A program made the position numbers and the translations under genes. The notes under the pieces are model-generated. The model did no database searches. It was not told the DNA's origin and was given only the letters and a program-made list of their open reading frames with translations. From Geosiphon pyriformis uo1 (lineage: Eukaryota; Fungi; Glomeromycota), in the NCBI GenBank assembly GCA_016748015.1, contig JAAOMT010000710.1, forward strand, positions 310,001-374,000: DNA of 64,000 bases, written 5' to 3'. Shown in pieces: positions 13,064-25,766 of the stretch; positions within the stretch are counted from its first letter, which is position 1; every line of letters begins with the position of its first letter.

Positions 13064-16000
13064 GCGGTTTGGTCTGAAAATTTGCTATATGCAACATCAG
13101 GAGCATGAACAATTCTGCTAAGCAGGAAGACATTATTAGGTGGCATAAGGAAATGAACAATTTGGTCTCTATCGTTACTGAAACAAAATTAAGAGGTGGG
13201 ATTCATCCGTGGATTGTAGATAAGTTTGATGGTGTCCGAGTGTTCACTTCTGGGTTAAACTCTGGTCACTTGGGTGCAGGTGTTGCTGTTATTATAGACG
13301 TTTCTTTAGCTCGTTATGTGTGCAAAGTTTCTGAGGTGCCTGGCTGGCTCTTGTCTATTAAATTACTTTTCAAGGGTAAACTTTCTGTGTCAATTCTGGG
13401 GCTTTATACTGGTGCTTTTCCAGCAATTCAGTTCTCTCAAACTGGTGAAATCAACTCTCTCATTGCGAAGGCTGTCAATGAATCTTTTTTCATTGTTCTT
13501 GGTGGTGATTTTAATGAAGATGGTTCTCGTAAGTATGCAAGTTTTAGGGAGTGCCTTGATTTGGGTCTGGCAAATTCTTTGGTTGGAAGCCCGGCTGTGA
13601 AATTGCCCACTTGGACGAACTCTAGGGATGTTAGGAAAATGATTGACTATGTGATGGTTTCTTCAAATTTGGTTAATGCGATAGTACACCACAGTATCTC
13701 GGATGTTGGTAAGCATTTCGAAATGAACCATCAGGCTGTTTCTGTGTCTTTGGGTTTGGGTGGTTTATTGAACGTGCAGTTGAACTCTTTTTGCAAACAG
13801 GTGAATAGAGATCATTGGAAGTTTAATTTTAAGGGTGCTGATAACACAAAATGGAACAAGTTCAAGGGTGCTATGGCTGCTAATGCCGCCATGTTCTCTG
13901 ACAATTTTATTGTCTTCCAGCGATTCTCAGATTTGGATGTGATGTGGGACATTGTTTGCAAGATAATGGTTCTTTCAGCTGATGAGATGTTCAAGAAGAA
14001 ATGATTTAAAGACTATGATGGTGTCTTTACTAGAGAATCATCCAAATTTCATAAGTTAGAACTTTTAATATCAAAGCTGGTTAAAGCTTCTCGGTCGATT
14101 TGTTGTGACGAATTTATTTTACTGTTGGATGTCTGGGGTTCTCTTGATAATGATAACGCCTCTGTGGTCAGATTTCTTTTTCTCTCCAGCTCTCCTTTTG
14201 ATACTGTTTGGTCAGTCCTTTCCAAGGTCAGAAAAACCTATCGCTCACTTAAAATGGCAGAATCAAAGTGCATAGAGGAATTTTATGTTAAATCAGCAAT
14301 CAATAAGAGGATGGATAATTTCAAGCTGAACAAAAGTCACACTATTCAGAGCATTCTGGAGTGCCCTTTTTGTAAAGTCATTTTAAATCACTTAGTTGTG
14401 GACGATAAACTGATTTTGGAATCTGGTCCTGTGAGATCAAGGGTGGACAAAATCATGGAAGGATAGACTAGGAAGTGTAGGGTGGTTCCCAATGTCCCTG
14501 ATGTATGGTACCGTCAGTATCGACCATTAGATTATGTTTTTGATGAGGCTTTTTCTGGTGTAATGCAGCCAATTAAGTTTTTGGAATTGTTTGGCGTGGT
14601 TTCTGATCTGCCTATTGACAAGGCTGCTGGTCTTTTGGGTATTTCAAATGAGCTGTGGATGCATAATGATAGGTCTGTTCTGGATATGCTCTTGGTGCTT
14701 CTGAATTTTTGTCTGTCTCATGAGTCTGTGCCTGGTCTTTGGAAGGAAGCTTGGGTTTCAATAATCCTTAAACCATATGAGTGGGAAGGTGTCCTCACAA
14801 ATACCCAACCTATAACCTTGATCAAGACAGCTTGCAAGATCCTCTCCAAGATTCTCTTTGACAGGATATCACTGGCGTGCAGTGCTTATAACATTCTTTG
14901 TGGTGATAATTTTTCAGTTTTAAAGGGTACAACTACCCAAACTCCTATTTTTGCTATTGGTTTGGTTGTTGAAGATGCTTTGGAGAAGAACAGGGAGCTC
15001 TGGCTGGTATTGCAGAACATGCGAAAAACATACGACTCTGTTGGATAGGAGCATCTCAAAAAGTGTTTGGTTAGGATCAAAATGTGTGATAAATTTATTC
15101 GTTTTTTTGGTAATATTCATAGGAATCAGACCAATTGGGTTATGACAGATTTCAGTCTAACTGATGGTTATAGTGTATATGATGGGTTGGACCAAGGAGA
15201 AGTTTTTTTTCCTCTTTTTTGGCGCATATTTTATGATTCTCTTTTGTGTGAAGTCAAGTGTCAGGAGAGTGTATATGAGTATAGACTCAATTCCCATTTT
15301 ATTTCTAGAAGTAGTCACGCTGAATCTCAGACTGGATTTTCTACTTTTTTTGCTGCTGGGGCCTTTGTTGATGACACAATTTAGGTTGGCAGCAGTCAGG
15401 CTGTTACTCAACATATTCTCAATGTTGCTAGTGAATTTTTTCAGATTAATAACATTTCAATCAATAATGACAAAACTGTGGTCATTCCTATTAATAGCAG
15501 GATCAGCAATCCATCTTTTTTCATCAGTGGTTCACCCATTTTCATAGCCAAAAAAGGCAAATCTCATCAGTATCTTGGTATCTTTCTCTTATCTAATGGT
15601 CTTTCTAAGTCTAGTTTGGCTAAAGCACATTTGGACGTTTGTTTTTTCAGTAATTTGGTTCTAAAGAAAGCAGTTTCAGATAAGCAGTTTTTGTACCTGG
15701 TGTCAGCAGTTTTCCAACCTATAGTTAGCTATAAGACACAGTTCAGCTTTGTTCCTGTTAGTGTGTGTGACAAGTGGGATGCTCTGATTTGCAAGAGTTT
15801 GAAACTTAAATTTGGTCTTCCTTTCAATTTTCCTAATGACACAATTTATCATCCTTCCTTTTATGGTTTGAAATCTTTCTCACAATGTCAGTCTGAAAGC
15901 AAGGTTGCTTTACTTATTAGTTTTGCGAACTCTTGCAGGGTTCTGGGTCAATTGTTTAGTCACAGGTCTCATGATTTGCAGGTTCTGTGTTGGCACCCCA

Positions 16001-17716
16001 TTCATCCATGTCTGTGCTTCTAATAATTTCTTGTCAGGTTTGGTATGCATTCTTCTTGAATGCAATTTGTCTTTAGGTGGCTCTTTGGCCAGCTCTTTTC
16101 AGTTTTGTAATGGAGTGCCTATATCTACTGTTCTGGGCGAATCCTTGTTTTTCAAATACTTGCCTTCTCTCTGGCGTTATGACATTGCCTTTGTGAATCA
16201 GCTTCGGGATCATCATGAGGATATCTTCGATTGGTACACCTTTAAGCAGTAGAAAAAACTGGATCCTTGTGGCTCAGTTCCTGAGTGGTTTGGATGCTCT
16301 GTTGCTTTTTTCAGTGGTGTGCCTCCCTCTCCTTTGGCTTTGAATGGTGTTGGCCCTGTAGACATTTGTGGTTCTGATGATTTTGTGTCTGTATGTGATC
16401 ATCTTTCTTGGGTTGGTGCTGATAGTTTGTCTGTGTATACGGATGAGTCGGTAAAAAATTTGGGCATGACTGGTTGTAGGACTGGGGCTGCTGCCTTTTT
16501 TGAGGACATTAACTTGGGTTTAGGTGTCTGTGTTCAGGGTTTGATGTCGTCTACTTTAGTGAAGTTGCAGGTTATAGCATTGGCTCTGGAGTGCATACCT
16601 GTGAATTGTTCTGTTAGCCTGTTTTCAGATAGCCAGACAGCTTTGGATGCTTGCAAGTCAGAGGTTAACTTGGTGTATTCTGACTTTCACAATTGGTGTT
16701 GGGTTGAGCACCAGCATATTAGGAATGTTATCCACAAAAAAAATTTAAGGGTTAGCTGGCACAAGATCAAGAGCCACTCTAGTGTGTTGGAAAAATATTG
16801 CACCAATAGCATTGCTGATGCTGCAGCTCTCTCTGTTTGGTTTTTCTTTCCTCATGTTGCTGAACAGTTTTTGTTGGTGAATGGTGGTATTGTTTCTAGT
16901 AATTCTAAGCACTTTGTTTGAGATGTTTTTCATGCTGTCTGTCGGGCATGCTAGGAAGTCAGTTTTGGTTCTAGGTTTCTAGCTGGTGATTTGCACTCAG
17001 ATGTTGATTGGCTTATCTTTTCCAGAGTTTGGCACCCAGATATGCATATGGCAACTGGTTTCACCAGCAGGCGCACTGCTAATATTTGTACTTACCTTAT
17101 GAAGACTTTGTACCATCAGCTTTCTATTGCTGTTCGAAAGTGCATTTATGATAAAAGTTATCCTAGTGTTTTGTGTCTGTATTGTGGTGGTGTGGAGGTG
17201 TCTGATCATGTGTTTTTTTGTATGATTGATGATGCAGCTTGTCGTCAGGTTTTGGAATTCTGTATGTCTTCTTGGAAGGTGCTTTCTGGTCTCTCTCTCC
17301 CTTTTTCATGCATTTTACAGATGCTGTTAACCTGTGCTTTGGATTTTCTGGTATTCTCGACTCTTTGTAAGGGTTTTGTTTTCAAAGAATGGCTTCAGGA
17401 GGCTGTTTTTATCTTCCATGATCCCAGAGTTGCTGGCATTAAAATTGCTGATTTTATACACTCTATTTGTGTCACTTTCTGGAATAACATTTGGTTGGTC
17501 TGTGCTAAGCATCGTGCATACATAGAAAAAAATGGCCTAATTCTGGTGAATGACTCAGTTCCTGTCTCAGTTTCTGGTTTGGCTTCAAGATTCTCGAATG
17601 GTGTGGTTAAACTGCTTGGTGTTACTGAAGCTTTTGGCATTCATTTTGGCTTTCACAAATCTTGCTCTTTTTTTTCAGGTATTGGTGACCCAGTTACAAT
17701 TAATATATTTGCATAG
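13060..17716 (+). pseudogene. LINE-A ORF2 (AP endonuclease, reverse transcriptase, RNase H, CCHC finger)
   Basis: Endonuclease: VTETK, LGGDFNE, IDYVMVS. RT: LDQGEVF..., AFVDDTI. RNase H: VYTDES, LFSDSQ, KIKSH. Finger: CLYCGGVEVSDHVFFC. Confidence 0.9.
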
Positions 17717-17853
17717 TGTTGTCTTGACTGGCTCGAGTGGCTGGTCACATGTGGAAAATGCATGATTTACACTTAGTTTAGATCATTTCTTTGATGTATA
17801 GTTCTAAGTAGTGTTTGGACCTCACTCATTAAAATAAAATAAAAATTAATAAA

Positions 17854-19540
17854 GTCTTAGTTCAATTAATGGTTTTAATTAAAACTTTGTTAATTATATT
17901 AAAGCTAAAATTAATTTCTCAGCAGATACAAAAAACAGTTCTAAAAACATTATATATAAAATATTGAACATTTTTTAAAATTATTTTATTATTTGTTATT
18001 ATATATTTTTTATGAATTTTAACAAAAAGCACCAAACTTAAATTAAAAAGAATATTGGCAAATATATTAGTTTTTTTATTACTTAAAATATCTAAGTAGT
18101 CTTTAACTTTGAATTAAATTCTATTAAAAACTTTATTTTTAATAGAATTTAAGATTTAATATTTTTTAAGTCAACAATTATTGCAAAAATCTGGTAGCAT
18201 TAATTTTAGTTTTAATAAGCAAACATTTAAAATAGCTTAATTATTAAATATACTTTAAAGCTAACACAATTATTTGTAGTTTTGTCAATATAAACATGAC
18301 CAATTTATTAATCTTAATATTAGCAGTCAAACTTATATTAAAAAAAACAGTTGTACTATTTTTTACATTAAATATATTTAAATTTCTTAAAGATTTGTTT
18401 GTGTAAACATTAATAATATCTAAATTATTATTAATAAAACTCTTTTTTATTACAAAAAATTATTAGAACTAAGCATATCTGAAAGATAAAAATCACTATT
18501 AAAAAAAAGAATATTACAACAAAAAACTTTATTATGTAAATATTCAGAAGTCAAACTAAACTAATTAAGAACAAAACTCTTAAAATCAAGTTTTTTTTAG
18601 CAGCAAAAATTCTTTTAATTAAAAACTAATCTTATTTTGGTGTAAAACTGTTTAATAAAAACAATACCAAATTTTTTGAACAAGTAAAAAACATTACAGA
18701 AAACTAATTGTTTCAATACAAAAAACATTGAAATGTTAACAGAAAAACAAAATACAAAAAGCAAATTATTAACAAAAAATTTTTCACAATTTCAGCTAAA
18801 AAATTGTTCACTAAACTGACTTTAATTTTACAGAAAAATGCAATAAATAATTAAAAAATTAGCTTAATATTTGCAAATCCGAAAACTTATAATTAAATAA
18901 TTAACTAAGAATACCATTAACATTTAAAAAAGACAATACTAAAGCCACTTTATTTTTTACTTGCATTTGTTTGAAAGTTTTCAATTTATACAAAAATAAA
19001 TAATATAAAGTCTTATTTGAAAAGTTTTTCAATAAATTGATTTTTGCTTTTAGATTTTTTCTGATTAATATATTTTATTTGTTGTATACATTTTTAGAAA
19101 TAAAACTAAATTAAATTTTGTAGTCAATTATTAATTGCAGTACAGCCAAAACTAAGTAAAAAATTGTTTATTTGAGATAATTTTTTTTAAAACTATATTA
19201 AAAAAAACTAAATATCTAAATAAGCTTTAACTAAATTAAGTTTGAATAAACTTTTTAATAACAAAAAATATCTAAATATCTATAAGATTTTTTTTTTTGC
19301 AATAAAAATTAGCATTTTATATATTGACAATAAAAATTTTTTGACTTACTTATTGATAAAAATAGTAGCTGTTTTTTTATTGTTAATTAAAATAACATTA
19401 ATTACAAAAAACTGACTAACAATATTTAAAATATGCTAAATAATAGTTATACTAGTACTAATTTAAATTATATTATTAATAAATATATTAGTCATTAAAA
19501 AAAAGTTAATCTAACTTAATTTTTGATTTTGCTAGTTTTG
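17854..19540 (-). mobile_element. LINE-D middle part (eroded post-RT and RNase H region)
   Basis: Minus strand ~19300-19150 reads as eroded YLGIF...LAKAHLDI...KQFFYLV; ~18410 reads as eroded VYTDGSL. Confidence 0.72.
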
Positions 19541-21719
19541 ACAACAAACTTAGTATTAATTTAATAATTAAACAAACTTTTAAATCTTTTTATCTTACAC
19601 AAAAGAAAATCATAAAAAATTCTTTAAAACAAAAAGAAAAAAACTTTACTTTAATCTAAATTATTATGTATTTGGTATTGTTATTAGAGGTTTTTAGGTC
19701 TTTTTTTCTAAATATTATTAATGTCTGTTTACTAAAAATTTACATTTTTCTGAAAGCTGTTAAATCTTTAATAACTAAATTTATCTTCAAATTATCTTCT
19801 ATAATTTAAACTGCTAAGCTTATAAGTAAAATAACCAAATTTGTATCAGTTACTTATATAATTACTTTGCAATAAAAGTTAATTTTTTCTCAAAAATTGC
19901 TTATTTGAAAGCTTACTAAAAATATATAGTTACTTTATTGTAAAAGTTAACTCTTTTACAAAAATTTTGTCTGTAAACTATCTTAATGTATATAATAAAA
20001 AAAATAAAAAAAAATAAAAGAAATATAAAGAAAAAAAAATTTTATTAAGAGAATTGTTTTTTGTTTAGACTTAAAATTACTAATAAATTACTAAAATTAA
20101 TAGTTAATTAATTCCAAAACATTAATAAATTTTAAGTATAATTATTTCAAAGATTTGGATTTTTAAATTATTTAATGTTTATTTTTTTTTGCTATAATTT
20201 TAACAGACTAAAGATACATTTTAACAAATTACAAGTTATTTTTACAAACTATTAGCTATTTCGATAAACTATTAATTATTTTAACAAATTTTTACAAATT
20301 TTGATAAATTCTTAAATGTTATATAATTCGAAATATTGTGTAATTTAATTATCCTAATTTTTATTGTATAAATTAAATTATTAATTAGATAATAATATTT
20401 GATAGTTTTTAATTAAATAATAAATAATAAATAATAAATAAAATAATGATAATATATGCTAATTAATAATAGAAATTATAAAAATAATTTTATAATGTTT
20501 ATTAACTAAAATTTTACTGATAACAGTACTTATTAGTTAGTCTAAAATTTATTATAACTTAATTAATTTTGTTATTGTTAATATTACTAAAAATATTATA
20601 AATTATTTATATATTTTTATTTTAATCAAATTATTTTCTAAATAATATTACTCAATAAAATTATATACTTTGTACATGTTCTATAAAACCAATTAAATAT
20701 TATAATTTTTTTCAATACATTCTTTATAATTAAGTTTACTGTAAAAATAAGAGATTAAGTAGAAATACTCTTTAATACAAAAAAATTGTCATTATAAAGA
20801 ACATCAAATTTGTTACAAGCCAAAAATTCTATTAAAAAAATCTTAAAAAGAATTTTTTAAGTGATTTTAATTAAAGTAATAAGTCAAGTATTAATTAAAA
20901 CTTTTTTTATTTATATAGTTTAGAAATTATAAAAATCTAGATTTTTTTTTAAGATTAAAAAACTAATTTACATATTAAACAAGAGTTTAATAACTTTAAG
21001 AACATTAACAAAACAGAATTATTATAAAATTCTTAATATTTATTTGAAATATTAGACAATTTAGAAGTTTTCTTATTAAGTAAATTATTTATTATATAAT
21101 ATAGTTTATCTAAACCAATAATATTCATAATACTAAAAAAATTCTTGTTATTAATATAAGTCAGAAATAAATATTAAAAATATTATAAGTTAATAATATT
21201 GTTTAAAACTGCATTTTTTTTGTTTATTCTTTCATAATTATATTTATCTTTGATTTAATATTATTAAGATCTATAATTAATTTTTTATTAATAATTAAGT
21301 AATTTAAAACAATTTTTTAAAATATATATTTTAATATATTTTTAATAATATATTTTTTATTGATAACAAAAATTTTTATTTATTTGGCAATAACATTTCA
21401 AATTTTTATTTTTTTTATTTTTAAAAACTTAATAAACTTATATATATAATAAAACTTTTTTATATCAAATAATATAAATTTAATAATATTATAATTAATA
21501 TCTGAATCTAATATAGTTTAAATATATAAAATATTATTATGGTCTAAAAACATTTAATGATTTATCAAAAAAACAAGCTTATTATTAAGTTTTATATACA
21601 ATATTATGGTTTAAGAATTTAACAAAAGAATCATAAAATAATATAAATTATTTAATCATAATATAGCATAGTAATAATCTTAGAAAGATTATGATTAACA
21701 TAGTAACAAGTACTATTTT

Positions 21720-21834
21720 GTGATAGTGGCAAACACCAGCTTATAATAGTGATCAACATTAATTGGTAATAGTGGCCAATACCAACTAGTGATAATGATC
21801 AATACCAACTGGTAATAGTGGCAAACACTAGATT
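21720..21834. repeat. Five diverged tandem copies of a 23-bp unit (consensus ~GTRATAGTGRYCAAYACCAACTG)
   Basis: Units: gtgatagtggcaaacaccagctt / ataatagtgatcaacattaattg / gtaatagtggccaataccaacta / gtgataatgatcaataccaactg / gtaatagtggcaaacactagatt. Confidence 0.8.
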
Positions 21835-22419
21835 GAAATACCAAAAAGAAAGTATTACAATGTGTTTTCTCATAGAACTACAAACATGTATATATACAGT
21901 AGTTTTAATATTAAAAAAAACAATATCATCTAACAAAACAATTCATTCAACAGTTTTACTTTAATTATTTTCTAGTCTTTACTTTTAAAAATAAATATTC
22001 ACAAAAATCTTAAATCAAAAAAAAATGAAAAAGAATATTGAAAACTGAATCCAATATGTTAAGAAACTTACTTGTATTATTTATTGAATGAAACTATTAT
22101 TTATTAGCTGAATTTCTTGAAGAATAATCTCTAATCAAGATTATTTATATTGTTACTAATTAATAAAAGCTTTATTGTAAGAATTAGAAAAAATGCTAAA
22201 GACCATTAATATTTTATGTTTCTAAATTAGAGAAACACATCAGGCAATTGCAAAAATAGTCTTAAAAAAGATTTCAGACAGTAAGTAAATTTCAGTTTAG
22301 CTTTTAAAAAAAAGTACATAAATACACACAATAATCAAAAATTGAGAAATAATTTATATTGTGATATTAAAGAAAAAGCCTTCAATATAACAGTGATATT
22401 ATTACACAAATAGAATTGA

Positions 22420-25400
22420 GGAACTCACGAAAAACTGATTGCAATTAAAATAGGATATTAGCAATTAAACAACCAAAAAAGCTATTTTATAACAACAATA
22501 ACTTGACAATTTTGGAAATTAAAATTTCTAGTTTATAAAACTTAAAAAAACATTTAATGTAAACTTTATTAAATGTCTTAAGCCAAAATTTAACAAAAAC
22601 TTTATTGGTCATTAAGCTTACTATTTTTTTAACAATATTTCATATTTTGTTTAAATTCAAAAACTTAGAAAAAGCAAATTTAACAAAATACATAGTAATA
22701 TTAACTATTATAATATTTTTAAAACAAATTTATTTAATATTATCAGCATTTTTGAAATTAAATTTCTAACAGTTATAGTTAATCTGTTTATAAAAAAAAT
22801 ACAAATATGTATTTAAAAAATTACTTAAATTTACAAACATAAAACTGTTTAATAATTAGAATTAAAGTATTCTTTAATATTTATAATATTATAATAGACT
22901 ATTGTATTAACAAAATTAGAAAAAATAAAAACAAAGTTAATAGTTTTTTTAAAATTATAAAAGATTTTTTATATAACAGTCTTAATTACTAAACTTTTTA
23001 TTAATAAATTAATTAAGTTTATATTTAAACATTTTTTGAAATTAATATACTTTTAAAAACCATTTTTATTAAAATTATTATTTAAAATCACAAATAAAAA
23101 TTTATTTATAGTTTTAATAATTAATGAATTAATATCTTTAAATTGTTTAAAGCACAATACTAATATTGTATTAGTATATAGCTCCAAAATAAAAACAGAT
23201 TATTTATTCTTAAAAAATAATATAATAAACAAAAGCTAACCAACTATCTTAAAAACTTGTATACATAATATGTTAGAATATTGTTCATAATAATAGTAAT
23301 TTTAAAGTTCATATAACTAAAATCTAACTCAGAAATAAAGATTTTAACAATTTTAAACTTGTTTATAATCTATAGTTAATTTTTATTTCTTAATTTTGTT
23401 TTTGTAATAATCAAAACAAAATTGTTTATTGTTTTGTATTAACAAATAATATTTTTTTGTTTAGCAAAATTTTTTATTTTTTTAATATTATATATAACAA
23501 ATTTTCAAATTAAACTGATTATTAAGATAAAAAATAGATAAAAAAACCAAAGCCAGAAACTAACAGATTTAAATAAACTAAGACTATACACATAAAATTT
23601 TTTAAAGCTAATATTTTGGCTTTCAATCCACTAATTTTGACAGCAAAAATTTTTGTATTATTAAGAGTTAATTAGAAAATATTACCAACAATAAAATCAA
23701 CAACTAAAAAAGATAAACCAAAAACACTTATATTAATATTAATAGAGATATTCAAAAATAGTCAAAATAAAAAACAGACAGATAAACAATTTTATTAATA
23801 TATTTAATTTAATAAAGATGTTAAAAATCCAATTAGTAAAAAGTTTTATTAAATATTTAAGCAAATTCAGTTAGAAAACTAGAAGTAAAAAAACAAATAA
23901 AACCAAATTGGCAAAAATAAAAGAGACATAAATTTCATAAAGTGTTCATTAAAATTAATATTAAATTTATTATTGCCAACTACTTAAGCTTAAAACATCT
24001 CTCTAAATACCAAAAAACAAAACACAAAAACCTATTTTTTAACATAAAAATAAACAAAGAATAATTATTTTTTTTCAGAAAAAAGTTGCTTAAAAACTTT
24101 TTTGATTATAAAATATAAAAAGCCAAATTAATTATATTTTAGAGCTAAATGTTTTAAATAATTATATTTATTACAATAAATTATATCTAATCTAATCCAA
24201 AAAAGTTTAATATTACTAAAAACAGAAGCAGTATAAAATATATAATTAAAAGCTTTTTTAGATTCAAAGTCTATTATTATACAATAAAATTTGGTATTAA
24301 TAATAATAAAACAATTTATAATACAAATTTTTTTACTTATTTTATTCAATAACAAACTTAGATTATAAATTATAAGTCTTATTAATAATATAAACAATAA
24401 TATTTTAAAATAATTTTTAAAAGCTCAAATATTTCAATTTAATATGGTTTTTATTATATATACTAAGTCTTTTCTAATAAGTATTAATTATTTCCTAGCA
24501 AACAAATTAGTTTGGTTTAATTTAACAAATTTTACTATAATTTTTTGTTATAGTTTAATTAATTGTAATCAAATAAATATTATTTAATTATATTTAGATA
24601 AGACTAAAATAATTTTTTTTTAATATATTTATAAGAATTTTTTTAATAATTACAGTTTAATCTAAGCAAATTTTTTGTTTTTTAACATTATTATTAACTT
24701 AAATATTGTTTTTTTGGCCAATATAGTGGTCTGATTTATATTTTTTTTAGATATAAATATAAATCTAATAATTTTTTTATATTTTAAAAAAGTAATAGCT
24801 TCTTTAAAATCATTTATTTTAAAATTTTTTTTTAATAACTTGCACTTTTACTATTGTTAATTTATTTTCAATTGTTGAAAGATTAATATTCAAAGCAAAA
24901 AATTTTTTAATAGAAACTTTTACTTAAATTTTTACTATTTTTAAATTAATTTATTTTTTGTTTAAAGAAATATTAAGAGAAGAAAGAAAAAGTTCTCTAT
25001 TTTTTTCTATGTTAAAATTAAATAAACCAAAAAAAAAATTACATTTTAAATTAGTATTAACTCTTTTAGCTTTAAGAATTATAGCTATTAAATCCAAGAA
25101 AAACCATTACCAATACTCATAAAAACATTACTAATCTTATTGTCTTTAGACTTATTGTTTATATCCAAATAAATACTATTTTCAAAACCAGATTTGACCA
25201 AAAAGATATGCTTTTTATTACTAGAATATTTAATATTACTAACAGAAACTCTTTTTTTTTGGAAAAAAAAAACCACTAATTAGATTATGAAAAGTTCTTT
25301 TGGGTGCCTTTTTTTTAGACATGCTGCTGCTTGAAACAGCTTCAAAGTTCACTACAAAAGAGTTATTTACTTGAAAAATATTGAATAAGATAAAACAAAA

Positions 25401-25473
25401 AAACAAAAAAAAACTTTTTTTTCGAAAATTGCTCTTTGGAGAATTTTGGATGTAAGGAAAAAAGAAGTTTTTT
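22420..25473 (-). mobile_element. LINE-D 5' part (5' terminus, ORF1, APE, start of RT), eroded
   Basis: The 5' end matches LINE-B (aaaaaacttcttt...caaaattctccaaagag; MSKKKAPK..FHN..SGFF versus MAKKK..FHGPAGGSF). The interior is AT-eroded. Confidence 0.8.
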
Positions 25474-25766
25474 GTAACTTGTTTATTCAAATTTTTTTAG
25501 TATTAACAATTAAAATAATTATGCTTAAATAAATTTTTAAATATCTTTAAAAGATTTATTTTTTGTATATAAATAATAAAAATTTATGTTAAATATAATT
25601 GTTTTAATTTAGAATAATTATAAGTTAAAATTTATGGTTTGAATAACCTAAAATATGACTGTTTTAAAAAAAATTTTATCTGAAAAGATAGATGCTTGCA
25701 TCACAATAACTGAGTTTTATTTTGACGAATCTCACAGTGTAGATTGTTAAACCTTTGGATAGGTAA

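Larger units (their letters stand above)
11127..17844 (+). mobile_element. LINE-A: full-length non-LTR retrotransposon, inactivated by stops
   Basis: ORF1 plus ORF2 (APE-RT-RNaseH-zinc finger), A-rich tail, TSD ATTAATAAA at 11118-11126 and 17845-17853. Confidence 0.93.

Noticed and set aside
11271-17716. Alternative genetic code or programmed read-through explaining LINE stops
   Set aside because: Stops are TGA, TAG and TAA mostly at differing positions among copies and match transition mutations; host genes use the standard code.
17717-17832. Hammerhead or HDV ribozyme in the LINE UTR
   Set aside because: Could not place the CUGANGA/GAAA core or the HDV nested pseudoknot by eye.
21720-21834. 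Possible CRISPR-like array
   Set aside because: Contiguous tandem units with no unique spacers, no cas genes, eukaryotic context.
9520-25490. TSD for LINE-D
   Set aside because: Only a weak AATAAAC match that is not flush with the ends; too eroded to call.
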